Assembly (NCBI RefSeq): GCF_000015805.1
Contig: NC_009073.1
Coordinates: 270,001 to 302,000 of the forward strand
From: Pyrobaculum calidifontis JCM 11548
Lineage (GTDB): Archaea > Thermoproteota > Thermoprotei > Thermoproteales > Thermoproteaceae
DNA length: 32,000 bases
Reading direction: 5' to 3'
Every line of letters starts with the position of its first letter. Within the stretch, counting starts at the first letter, position 1. The notes below the pieces were generated by a model. The model saw nothing but the letters and a program-made list of their open reading frames with translations, searched no databases and was not told the origin of the DNA. Both the position numbers and the translations under genes were made by a program. This document shows, piece by piece, positions 7,641-15,269 of the stretch.

Positions 7641-7744
7641 CGCCTAAATTCGGCAATTTTCGGCACAAGACCCTCGTTACAGAATAAGTCTTCAGATTTA
7701 CTGACGCACTTTAACATACTTACAACTTCTATCCTCCTTAAGTC

Positions 7745-7908
7745 CCTTCTACCCCCCTTGTGTATTCTCAGTGGCTGGCCAGCGGGCTGGCGGACTTCGC
7801 GGGGATACAAGCTGAGTTTCTACCCCCTTTGGGGATTCTCTGAGTGGGGCAGTTTAAGTTTACCTCGGTTTACACCCAACTTCCTTTCTACCCCCTTTGG
7901 GGATTCTC
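7745..7908 (-). CRISPR. Mini-CRISPR array with 3 repeats (2 near-identical, 1 degenerate) and 2 spacers
   Basis: Plus-strand repeat (C/G)TTTCTACCCCCTTTGGGGATTCTC occurs at 7816-7840 and 7884-7908. A degenerate copy at 7745-7769 matches 21 of 25 positions. Spacers are 46 nt (7770-7815) and 43 nt (7841-7883). The minus-strand reading GAGAATCCCCAAAGGGGGTAGAAAG ends in GAAAG like crenarchaeal repeats, and the degenerate repeat is then leader-distal. Confidence 0.7.
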
Positions 7909-8252
7909 CGCTCATGTCCTCGGCTCTTGTGGTTTTTTAAGTTTTTCCCTCGTTTTTGTGGGGTCGGCGCGTCCTTTTCAACCCCCTCTTTACATACACG
8001 TACGTCCGTTGTCCCGCGTTGTGAGACGCCATTCTTCACAGTGCCACTTACGCAGACGTCGTTGTAAGCGCGCCATTCTTCGCGGTCACAATCGCAGTGT
8101 CACGTTTGTATGTCTGTCAAGGAGGGTTGTCCGCAGAAAGTGTGCACATCGGCGTTTGCCGCTGTGTTGTATGTCGTATTTGCTCTTGACCAAGACCTAT
8201 ATTGGCTTTTTCGTTTACACATTTCGATGTTTGTAAAGTGGGACGAGCATAA
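7909..8252 (-). promoter_or_regulatory. Putative CRISPR leader with TATA-like TTAAAAAA (complement of 7933-7940)
   Basis: AT-rich, ORF-poor stretch flanking the non-degenerate end of the array. The TATA-like element lies 25-32 nt upstream of the first repeat on the minus strand. Confidence 0.35.
8017..8084. repeat. Imperfect tandem direct repeat in the putative leader
   Basis: CGTTGTGAGACGCCATTCTTCACA (8017-8040) versus CGTTGTAAGCGCGCCATTCTTCGCG (8060-8084), sharing the core CGCCATTCTTC. A third CGTTGT occurs at 8007. Confidence 0.4.
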
Positions 8253-8681
8253 ATGGGAAGGGTTTTAACCGTGTCCTTCATCGCGCCTATGTACCTCTAC
8301 TTGGGCGTCGTCGTGGTGAGGGGTCTGCGTGGGTATATGTGGCTTCTCGGCCGCCGGCTCTACTTCAAGACGTCGTGGAGGGCCCGCGACACCCACTACC
8401 TAGGCCGACTTGAGGACCTTCTGTCGGCGTCGGCGAGGCTTAGGCGCCTGATACCAAGGCCGGTGGACGTTAGGACAGTCGTCGTTGCCGTCGCCAAGGC
8501 GTTGGCCATGGCCCACTACCTCGCGAAGAGGTGCAGGGGCTCGCCCACGTGGCGATACCTCCCATTTGAGGTGGAGATGGCCATTGAAGAAGCGGCGCGG
8601 TTATTAACGGCCAGGTGGCCAAGCGCGGCGAAGTACTTTGGGGGGTCGCGTTGGGGCAGTTCGGCGACGTGGTTGACGTAG
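8253..8681 (+). CDS. Hypothetical protein, 142 aa
   Basis: ORF only. The composition is plausible (YLGRLEDLLSASARLRRLIP...EVEMAIEEAARLL) but no motif was recognised, and the start is uncertain. Confidence 0.3.
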   Translation: MGRVLTVSFIAPMYLYLGVVVVRGLRGYMWLLGRRLYFKTSWRARDTHYLGRLEDLLSASARLRRLIPRPVDVRTVVVAVAKALAMAHYLAKRCRGSPTWRYLPFEVEMAIEEAARLLTARWPSAAKYFGGSRWGSSATWLT

Positions 8682-8848
8682 CTGGGAGGCGGCGTGTTTT
8701 AGCTCATTTGCTTCAACTGTTGTGGCCATGTAGCGTGGGGCTGTGGGGTGGGTGAAGCTCGCGTTGGCCGCATTTTGAGGCGGTCGTGTATATGGTGCAC
8801 TTGTGGCCTCAGACGCCCCATGTGCCAACTGTGGGCGCGGTGGGGTCG

Positions 8849-9448
8849 TCAGAACCCCACTCTCCTCTTTAGCTCCTCCAGTAGCGCGGCTACGGCCTCT
8901 TTGGCTGTCTCGTCGTCTGGGAAGTTGCTCAACACGCCGGAGGGGTCTGGCCCGTTGTACTGGTACTCGTGTAGCTGGAGCGCGAGGGCTGTGTAGGCGG
9001 AGACCCCCGGCTCCACTGCCTCGAGCGCCGCGGCTATTTGCAACAGGCGCGACGTGGGCGCCGTCCACTCGGCGTAGTCCACCTCTCCTCGCGGCGCCGC
9101 CTCCGCGAGCAACTCCCTGTGTCTTATGGCGAGGTGGGATATGTACGCCTTCCAGGCTTGAAAGGCCTTGCCTGCGGCGTCGCGGATGGCGCCGGCTTGT
9201 AGAAGTTCTGCCGCGAGTGCCGCCTCTGCCTTGGCTTCGGAGAGCCTCAGCGCGGCGAGGTGGTCCACGTCGGGGGCTACCCCATGGCGCCGTGCCTTCA
9301 CGTATTTATAAGCCTGTTTCTCGTAGACGTGGAGGTGGCGTTGATTAGGGGCGGAGTGGGCGATGTGACGTTGGACGAGGAGTGGCAGGTGGAGCTTGTC
9401 CGCGCCGCGGCGGCTGGGGGGCGGTGGCTGTGGAGGAGGGGGCCCCAC
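8849..9448 (-). CDS. PaREP1/PaREP8-like helical protein (HEPN-like fold, tentative)
   Basis: ELLQAGAIRDAAGKAFQAWKAYISHLA and ALALQLHEYQYN parallel the PaREP1 pattern (GDLLQAGEKYWGAVAAL ... EALHANFYHN) seen in the other copies in this window. The Pro-rich N-terminus suggests the true start is further downstream. Confidence 0.5.
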   Translation of the reverse strand: MGPPPPQPPPPSRRGADKLHLPLLVQRHIAHSAPNQRHLHVYEKQAYKYVKARRHGVAPDVDHLAALRLSEAKAEAALAAELLQAGAIRDAAGKAFQAWKAYISHLAIRHRELLAEAAPRGEVDYAEWTAPTSRLLQIAAALEAVEPGVSAYTALALQLHEYQYNGPDPSGVLSNFPDDETAKEAVAALLEELKRRVGF

Positions 9449-9991
9449 TGTGCTGGGCCTTTTGGCTAAGCTTGCCGCTTGGAGGTGTACGTGTGACCGC
9501 TGTGAGAGAGGTGGGGGCCGCCTGAGGTTGACCCGAGGTATCCCCTCATCGTCGCCGACTTGGACGGCGGCGTGGTAGGAAGGGGCCGACTAGTGGGGGT
9601 GTGAGTAAGACGTGGCTTGGCGCCGTCTTGGAGGAGCGCTTGTGGCTGTCTTTCTCTTGGCCTTGGTTAAGGGGGGCGGGGTGGTGTATTGGGCGAGGCC
9701 TACTCGCGACAGGCGCCGGGCGTTGAGCGGCTGTTTGACGAGGGGCTACTTAGGCTTTGGAGGGCGCCGAGGAACGCGGCTGTCCTTGCGCAGTACATTG
9801 AGCTGGTTAGGGAGATGGCTGAGGGAGGCCTACGCCGTGTTTAGCGACTCTGGTCTCGACGCGGTGGGGGAGGTGGTTTCTCAGGGGGAGGGGCGTGGAA
9901 GGTGGACGTGGGGAGGGCGCTGGTGGTGGAGGAGGTGAGGAAGTGGCTTCGGGGGGTGTTGAAGTTTTTAAGCTAGTGGATTTCTGGGGCA

Positions 9992-11170
9992 ATGGCCCGC
10001 ATTGCTAGGTACTACAGGGAGTATGGGATTAGGCTTGTGAGGGGGTACCTGCAGTATGTGTGGGACGACTCGGGGAGGCGCTACGTGGACTGTAACACGA
10101 ATCACGGGGTGGCCTTCCTCGGCCACGCCAATCCCAAGATCGTCGAGGCTGTGAAGAGGCAGGTGGAGGAGCTGTGGGTTGCGCCGTTGAACTTCTACAC
10201 GCCGGCGAGGGAGAGGTTTATCGAGGAGTTTTCCCGCCTTCTCCCTGCCGGCTTCGGCGTAGTGTTTCTGCAGAACACTGGCACAGAGGCGGTGGAGGTG
10301 GCTGTAAAAATCGCCAAGAAGGTCACTAGGAGGCCCACCATCGTTGCCTTTACCAACAGCTTCCACGGGAGGACCATGGGCTCTCTCTCCATCACGTGGA
10401 ACGAGAAGTACCGCAAGGCCTTCGAGCCCCTGTACCCCCACGTGCGGTTTGGCAAATTCAACGTGCCCCACGAGGTGGACAAGGTGGTAGGGGAGGACAC
10501 CTGCTGCGTGGTGGTGGAGCCCATACAGGGCGAGGGCGGGGTGAACCCGGCCACCCCGGAGTTCCTCAAGGCCCTCCGGGAGGAGGCTACCCGCAAGGGG
10601 GCCCTCTTGATCATTGACGAGGTTCAGACGGGGTTTGGGAGGACGGGCGCTGTGTGGGCTTTCCAGCGCTACGGCGTAGAGCCTGACATATTCACTGCGG
10701 GGAAGCCCGTGGCGGGGGGCCTGCCCATAGGGCTGGCGGTGGCGAGGGAGGAGTTCGGCGACGTGTTTGAGCCGGGGGAGCACGGCTCCACCTTCGCCGG
10801 CAACGCGGTGGTGATGGCCGCGGCGGCCGCCGCCTCTAGGCTACTCCGCGAGGAGGACGTCCCAGCCAAGGCCGAGGCCATGGGGGCCGAGTTGGCCAAG
10901 GCTCTCCAGTCCATAAACAGCCGCCTGGCGGTGAGAGTCAAGGGGGCGGGCCTCATGTTGGGCCTAGAGCTCAGAGTGAAGGCGGACCAGTTCATCCGCC
11001 CGCTCTTGGAGAGGGGGGTCCTGGCCCTGACCGCCGGGGTGAACACCCTCCGCTTCTTGCCCCCCTACATGATCACCAGAGAGGATGTGGAGGTGGTGGC
11101 CGCCGCGGTGGAGCAGGTGCTGAGGGCGGCAGAGGCGGCGGGGGGAAGCCCGCTTGCGACCGCCACGTGA
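9992..11170 (+). CDS. lysJ: Class III PLP aminotransferase, acetylornithine / LysW-gamma-L-lysine aminotransferase
   Basis: Motifs LQNTGTEAVE, VVVEPIQGEGG, IIDEVQTGFGRTG, the FTAGKPVAGGLP Lys motif and GSTFAGN. Could equally be named argD. Confidence 0.9.
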   Translation: MARIARYYREYGIRLVRGYLQYVWDDSGRRYVDCNTNHGVAFLGHANPKIVEAVKRQVEELWVAPLNFYTPARERFIEEFSRLLPAGFGVVFLQNTGTEAVEVAVKIAKKVTRRPTIVAFTNSFHGRTMGSLSITWNEKYRKAFEPLYPHVRFGKFNVPHEVDKVVGEDTCCVVVEPIQGEGGVNPATPEFLKALREEATRKGALLIIDEVQTGFGRTGAVWAFQRYGVEPDIFTAGKPVAGGLPIGLAVAREEFGDVFEPGEHGSTFAGNAVVMAAAAAASRLLREEDVPAKAEAMGAELAKALQSINSRLAVRVKGAGLMLGLELRVKADQFIRPLLERGVLALTAGVNTLRFLPPYMITREDVEVVAAAVEQVLRAAEAAGGSPLATAT

Positions 11171-11183
11171 CGGCGTGGCGCGC

Positions 11184-11765
11184 CTATTTGTGTATCTCGA
11201 CTTTGTCGATGTAGACTGCGCACATGTCTCCTGCGGCGTTTACCGCCACTCTGCCCAAGTCTATTGCCTTTGTCTCCGTCTTTGATACCACCCGATAGTC
11301 TACTACGACGTCGGCGAAGGGTAGCGTCACGACTTTGTTGTCTGGCCCTTTGCACATGGCGTTTAGCGCGGCTAGTAGCTGTGAGTACCGTGTCTCAATG
11401 GTGACGTTGTAGATGTGGCTGTCGCGGATGACTTGGAAAGACGCCTTTACCAGGGTGTCGTTTGTCGGCGGCGGGGCGCCGCGGTATCGCAGAAAGACTA
11501 GCTCGAAGCCTCCCGCCGTTATGTTTTCAACTCTTATGCGCACGACTTTGCCCATCCTCCAGTAGGCCCCATCGTCGTACTTGTACAATTCTCCATTTAG
11601 ATAGTAGTATCTCTCCTCAAATGTTTTGTAGGGCGAGTACAGCCTGAGCTCAATAATCCACCCGGCCGACTCTTTGACTGCGCTGTTAACCGCGTTGTTG
11701 ACTGCGACGACGATCAGCACTACTGCTACCGCCGTAGCAACCGCGACAACGGGTACCTCCCTCAC
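11184..11765 (-). CDS. Hypothetical membrane-anchored protein, 193 aa
   Basis: GTG start, an N-terminal hydrophobic helix (VPVVAVATAVAVVLIVVAV), then a soluble beta-rich-looking domain. No family recognised. Confidence 0.5.
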   Translation of the reverse strand: MREVPVVAVATAVAVVLIVVAVNNAVNSAVKESAGWIIELRLYSPYKTFEERYYYLNGELYKYDDGAYWRMGKVVRIRVENITAGGFELVFLRYRGAPPPTNDTLVKASFQVIRDSHIYNVTIETRYSQLLAALNAMCKGPDNKVVTLPFADVVVDYRVVSKTETKAIDLGRVAVNAAGDMCAVYIDKVEIHK

Positions 11766-11832
11766 ATATGGTCCATTGCCCCACTTTTTATATGTGTGCC
11801 GAGGCGTGGGTTGTTTTAACGTCGCCGTCTGC

Positions 11833-12291
11833 TCAGCGGAGTAGTGGTGAGACGCGGCGTAGGAAGAGGGTTATCACTGCGAAGTCTGCTATTATCATTA
11901 TGTGCATGATTGTGCAGTATAGGCATACTGCCTTTAGGACTGCGAATTCTAGGTATAGTAGGTAGGGTAGTATTGCGAGGCCGAGGAGGCGCCACCAGAA
12001 GATGAAGGCGGCGGCCCGCCTGCTTAGGGTGCGGTATAGCCAGAGGGCGGCGGCTATGTTTACCATGAACCACGCCGCGGCGGCTACGTCGAGGGGGATT
12101 GGCCCTATGTAGGCGTAGGAGGAGGTGAGGACTTTGACGCAGTCTAGGGTGACCCCCGGGAGGAGCTCCGTCTCTGCGAAGCACCCCGGCGGCAACGTCT
12201 TGAGGAGGTAGAATAGGTATATCACGAGGAGGGACGAGGCGAGGCCGCCTGCGGAGAAGGCGAGGAGGAGGATTAGCCATCCCTTGCCCAT
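11833..12291 (-). CDS. Vitamin K epoxide reductase (VKOR) family membrane protein
   Basis: Four predicted TM segments, a loop Cys pair (PGC...DC), an SSYA motif and a CLYC (CxxC) in the last TM. Confidence 0.8.
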   Translation of the reverse strand: MGKGWLILLLAFSAGGLASSLLVIYLFYLLKTLPPGCFAETELLPGVTLDCVKVLTSSYAYIGPIPLDVAAAAWFMVNIAAALWLYRTLSRRAAAFIFWWRLLGLAILPYLLYLEFAVLKAVCLYCTIMHIMIIADFAVITLFLRRVSPLLR

Positions 12292-12331
12292 GTGGGTTGC
12301 TGGGGCCAGTTTAAAAAGTGTTAACGCGTCT

Positions 12332-13141
12332 ATGTGTGTGAGAGTTTACGAGGTGAGGGTTAAGAGGGCTCTTGCCCCCTCTGGCCTCCCGGAGTACGAC
12401 TACGCTCTCAACCCCTACGTGGGCTGTCTCCACGGCTGTCTCTACTGCTACGCCATGGATTACACCAGGGGGCCCCCGGCCGCGGCGTGGGGGAGCGTGG
12501 TGTATGTAAAGGTGAATCTGCTCGAGGTGCTGAGGCGCGAGGTGGGGAGGGTTAGGCCGGGGGTGGTGGGCTTGTCCACGGTGACAGACCCCTACCAGCC
12601 CCCCGAGGCGAAGTACAAGCTGACCCGCGGCGCAGTTTCAATCCTCGCCGGGGCGGGGTTCCGCGTGTCGATTCAGACGAAGTCGGGCATGGTGGTCCGC
12701 GACGTAGACGTCTTGGTTGCCCACAGAGAGGCTGTGGACGTGGGGGTCACCATCACGACGCTGGCCGACAAGGCGAGGATTTTGGAGCCCATGGCTGCCC
12801 ACCCCTACGCCAGGGCGCAGGCGGTGCGGAAGCTGGCCGCCGCGGGGGTAAAGACGTGGATATTTCTCGGCCCCATAATCCCCGGCTTCAACGACGGCGC
12901 AGAGGACATAGAGCCCGTGGTGAAGCTGGCCCACGAGACCGGCTCTGAGCTCTACTACGACCGCTACCGCCCCAAGCCGCGCGCAGACGCCTACTTAGCC
13001 GCCAAGTATAGGCCAGTCGCCGCGACCCCCAGCTGGTGGGCCGAGGTGAAGAAGACGGTGGAGGCCATATGCGCGCGGTACGGGGCCCGTTGCATAGACG
13101 CAGAAGAGGAGCGCAGAGCCGCTTTTAAAGCCAGCACATAG
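12332..13141 (+). CDS. Radical SAM protein, SplB-like (COG1533 type)
   Basis: LNPYVGCLHGCLYCYA contains the CxxxCxxC motif. ATG 12332 is preferred because the TATA-like GTTTAAAAAG at 12308-12317 lies about 20 bp upstream. The track starts at TTG 12284, which overlaps the VKOR start. Confidence 0.8.
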   Translation: MCVRVYEVRVKRALAPSGLPEYDYALNPYVGCLHGCLYCYAMDYTRGPPAAAWGSVVYVKVNLLEVLRREVGRVRPGVVGLSTVTDPYQPPEAKYKLTRGAVSILAGAGFRVSIQTKSGMVVRDVDVLVAHREAVDVGVTITTLADKARILEPMAAHPYARAQAVRKLAAAGVKTWIFLGPIIPGFNDGAEDIEPVVKLAHETGSELYYDRYRPKPRADAYLAAKYRPVAATPSWWAEVKKTVEAICARYGARCIDAEEERRAAFKAST

Positions 13142-13147
13142 CGCTTC

Positions 13148-13643
13148 GTGGACGTGTTGGCGGCCGTGGTGGAGGTGTTGAATGCTGAGGGTCTTGAGGT
13201 ATACTTAATAGGCGCGAGGGCCATGGCGTTCTACGGCGTGGTTCGCGAGACGAGGGGCTGGGACCTCATGATCGACGCCCCCTACACGCCTCAGTTGAGG
13301 GACCGCTTAACTAGGCGTCTCCGCGAATTGGGCCTCGACGTGCGGTGGAGCTGGTGGGGCTTCTCCGTCGAGGGGGCCCACGGATTCGCATAGAATAAAC
13401 TAAGCGGCGTTGCCGGTGGACGACGAACTTAGGAGAAGGGCGAATAGCTACGGCACGTTTAAAGTGCCCTCGGTAGAGGACCTCGTGATGATGAAGATCA
13501 TGGGTAGAGAAAAGGACTTGAAAGACGCCGTGAAGCTACTGCGCCTTGTCTCAGACTTCGACTACCTGCGCAGAAGGGCCGAGGAGGCTGGGCTTTTAAA
13601 AGAGCTGAGAAAGGCGGCGGCTAGGGCTGGGGTCAAGATATGA
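13148..13643 (+). pseudogene. Nucleotidyltransferase-fold protein split into two ORFs (13148-13393 and 13410-13643)
   Basis: The N-terminal part has YLIGARAMAFYGVVRETRGWDLMID, fitting the NTase G-x-A...D-x-D pattern. The C-terminal part has VPSVEDLVMMKIMGREKDLKDAVKLL. In related proteins as I recall them, these lie on one chain. They are separated by TAGAATAAACTAA (13391-13403), which closes all three frames. Confidence 0.6.
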
Positions 13644-13810
13644 GGCTGTTGCAACACTGCGCTGTGCCGCGCATCTGCGCGCTGACTGGCTGGCACGCCC
13701 TTGTATACCACTACGGCCACCCCTGGGCCCTCCCCTACCTCCCAGAGGCAGTAGACGCCGCGTGTCCACGGCTCCCGCGTCGCCTGCGTTAAGACGAGGC
13801 CGGTTAGCAT
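13562..13810 (-). CDS. Hypothetical ORF, 82 aa (doubtful)
   Basis: Its ATG abuts the stop of the upstream 64-aa ORF. However, its last ~80 nt overlap the well-supported NTase C-terminal ORF on the other strand. Confidence 0.2.
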   Translation of the reverse strand: MLTGLVLTQATREPWTRGVYCLWEVGEGPGVAVVVYKGVPASQRADARHSAVLQQPHILTPALAAAFLSSFKSPASSALLRR

Positions 13811-14005
13811 CTAGTGAGAGTCAGCCGCCAGGCCTCGGCCTCTGTGCACTGTAAACAAGACGATGGCCCTTAGTACATCTGCTAACTCTGGGTCAGAGGC
13901 TCTCAGCCGATCCAGTGCCTCGGAGACTGTGGTCTCGGGCACCACTCCGTGCTTTGCTAGGCGTCGCTTAAACTCTTCAAAAGCATCGACAACTCTCACG
14001 TGCAT
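13811..14005 (-). CDS. Hypothetical small protein, 64 aa
   Basis: A strong TATA (complement of TTTATATATAAATATT, 14020-14035) lies about 15-30 bp upstream of the ATG at 14005. Helical-looking, no family recognised. Confidence 0.4.
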   Translation of the reverse strand: MHVRVVDAFEEFKRRLAKHGVVPETTVSEALDRLRASDPELADVLRAIVLFTVHRGRGLAADSH

Positions 14006-14160
14006 GGTAATACTGTTTATATATAAATATTACAATATTACGTAGATCATGTGAGACCACACTGGCGCCTAAGCGAATAACTTGCAAGCGTCGGCAGGTT
14101 TTACCTGATGGATTTAAATCCCTGGGTTATTCTTTACCTGTGTATTACATATACGTGAAT

Positions 14161-14322
14161 ATGAGAAAGCGGAGAGTTTACCTGACTACACGCAAAATCG
14201 TCGGCGGTGGGTGGAGACTAGTCGCCGTGCGCCGCCACCGCGAGTTGGCAATGTCTGTGGCGAGACGTATAGCGGACAGGCTCGACTACGTCCTCGAGTG
14301 GGATGCCCCCACGTGCGGCTGA
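14161..14322 (+). CDS. Hypothetical small basic protein, 53 aa (doubtful)
   Basis: ORF only (MRKRRVYLTTRKIVGGGWRLVAV...). Its 3' end overlaps the PaREP1 gene on the other strand. Confidence 0.2.
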   Translation: MRKRRVYLTTRKIVGGGWRLVAVRRHRELAMSVARRIADRLDYVLEWDAPTCG

Positions 14323-14696
14323 CACGTTATAACGTCGAGGTACCGCCTTAGCTTCTCGATCAGAGCCGAGGCGTCTTCTTGGTGGCGGTAAAACGTCTCC
14401 TTGTCTAAGAAATTGTGATAGAAGTTGGCGTGGAGTCTCTCGGCCATGCCGAAGAGGCGGAGGACCTCCACGTCGCGCGTGTCTCTGTAGATTCGCTGGA
14501 TTATCAGCTGGTAGTCTCTGTGGCTGTAGTGGTCTAGGCCCAGTGCCTCTCCCACTGCGTTAAACAACGCGGCCACTGCGCCCCGGTGCTTCTCCCCAGC
14601 CTGTGGGAGATTGCCCTTTGCGTAAAGGTCTTCAGTCTCCCTCAAGTAGTCCTCCGAGAGCTTTAAGTACATCTCAACCCTCTCCCGAGGATCCAA
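14286..14696 (-). CDS. PaREP1-family protein (HEPN-like), domain-only copy
   Basis: GNLPQAGEKHRGAVAALFNAVGE, HYSHRDYQLII and AERLHANFYHNFLD closely parallel the upstream copy. The start is TTG 14696 or the internal ATG (VEMYLK). Confidence 0.75.
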   Translation of the reverse strand: MDPRERVEMYLKLSEDYLRETEDLYAKGNLPQAGEKHRGAVAALFNAVGEALGLDHYSHRDYQLIIQRIYRDTRDVEVLRLFGMAERLHANFYHNFLDKETFYRHQEDASALIEKLRRYLDVITCQPHVGASHSRT

Positions 14697-14699
14697 GCG

Positions 14700-14792
14700 T
14701 TAAACTAACAACTCGGCGAGGAAAAGCTCTATGTCTTTGCCACCGGCCGCCATTTTCAACGCCTCTACCAGCGCTGGGGAGAGCACCGCCAC
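14700..14792 (-). CDS. Possible 30-aa RHH-like micro-ORF (VAVLSPALVEALKMAAGGKDIELFLAELLV)
   Basis: My own translation. GTG 14792 is 3 nt after the upstream PaREP1 stop. The peptide aligns with the N-terminal strand-helix-helix part of the fused copy. It ends at a TAA that is in frame with the downstream PaREP1 domain, one codon before it. Confidence 0.4.
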   Translation of the reverse strand: MAVLSPALVEALKMAAGGKDIELFLAELLV

Positions 14793-14795
14793 GGC

Positions 14796-15269
14796 CTACC
14801 TCCTCTTAAGCGATATATACCGTTTGAGCCTCTCCACGAGGGCCAACGCGTCCTCTCTATGTCGCTCGAAGAGGTCACGGTCGAGGAAGTTGTGATAGAA
14901 GTTGGCGTGGAGGGCCTCGGCCATTCGGAAAAGCCTAACTACGTCTATGTCCCCCGTCTCGCGGTAGATGCGGGTTATGATCAGTTGGTAGTCTCTGTGG
15001 CTGTAGTGCTCTACCCCCAGCAGTTCGCCTATGGCGTTTAAAAGAGCCGCCACGGCCCCCCAGTACTTCTCCCCCGCCTGCAAGAGGTCGCCCTTCTTGT
15101 ACAACTCTTCGGCCTCGGCGAGGTACTTTTCGTGGAGTTCTAGGTAGGCCTCGGCTTTGGCGGCTGGGTCTATGGCGAGTTTCTCCAATAAGACCTCTGC
15201 CAGGGACTTCCCCCTGGCCCTTGCCTCCTCCTCAAGCCTAGAAAGCACCGCGGCGGGGATCACGTACAA
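14796..15269 (-). CDS. PaREP1-family protein with fused N-terminal RHH-like segment, 157 aa
   Basis: YVIPAAVLSRLEEEARARGKSLAEVLLEKLA (strand-helix-turn-helix pattern) is followed by GDLLQAGEKYWGAVAALLNAIGE, HYSHRDYQLII and RMAEALHANFYHNFLD (R-x5-H). The TATA is the complement of CCTATAAATAGC, 15281-15292. Confidence 0.85.
   Translation of the reverse strand: MYVIPAAVLSRLEEEARARGKSLAEVLLEKLAIDPAAKAEAYLELHEKYLAEAEELYKKGDLLQAGEKYWGAVAALLNAIGELLGVEHYSHRDYQLIITRIYRETGDIDVVRLFRMAEALHANFYHNFLDRDLFERHREDALALVERLKRYISLKRR

Noticed and set aside
7975-7999. Possible fourth CRISPR repeat (TTTTCAACCCCCTCTTTACATACA)
   Set aside because: Only about half the positions match the repeat, and it lies 66 nt from repeat 3 rather than 43-46 nt. 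I treat it as leader sequence or an old relic, not part of the array.
7844-8236. 130-aa plus-strand ORF
   Set aside because: It runs through a CRISPR spacer, a repeat and the AT-rich leader. Its composition is Cys/Arg/Phe-rich and not protein-like.
9612-9938. 108-aa ORF in the G+T-skewed region
   Set aside because: It is W/R/G low-complexity (ending GRWWWRR) with no motif. It is most likely a by-product of the base skew.
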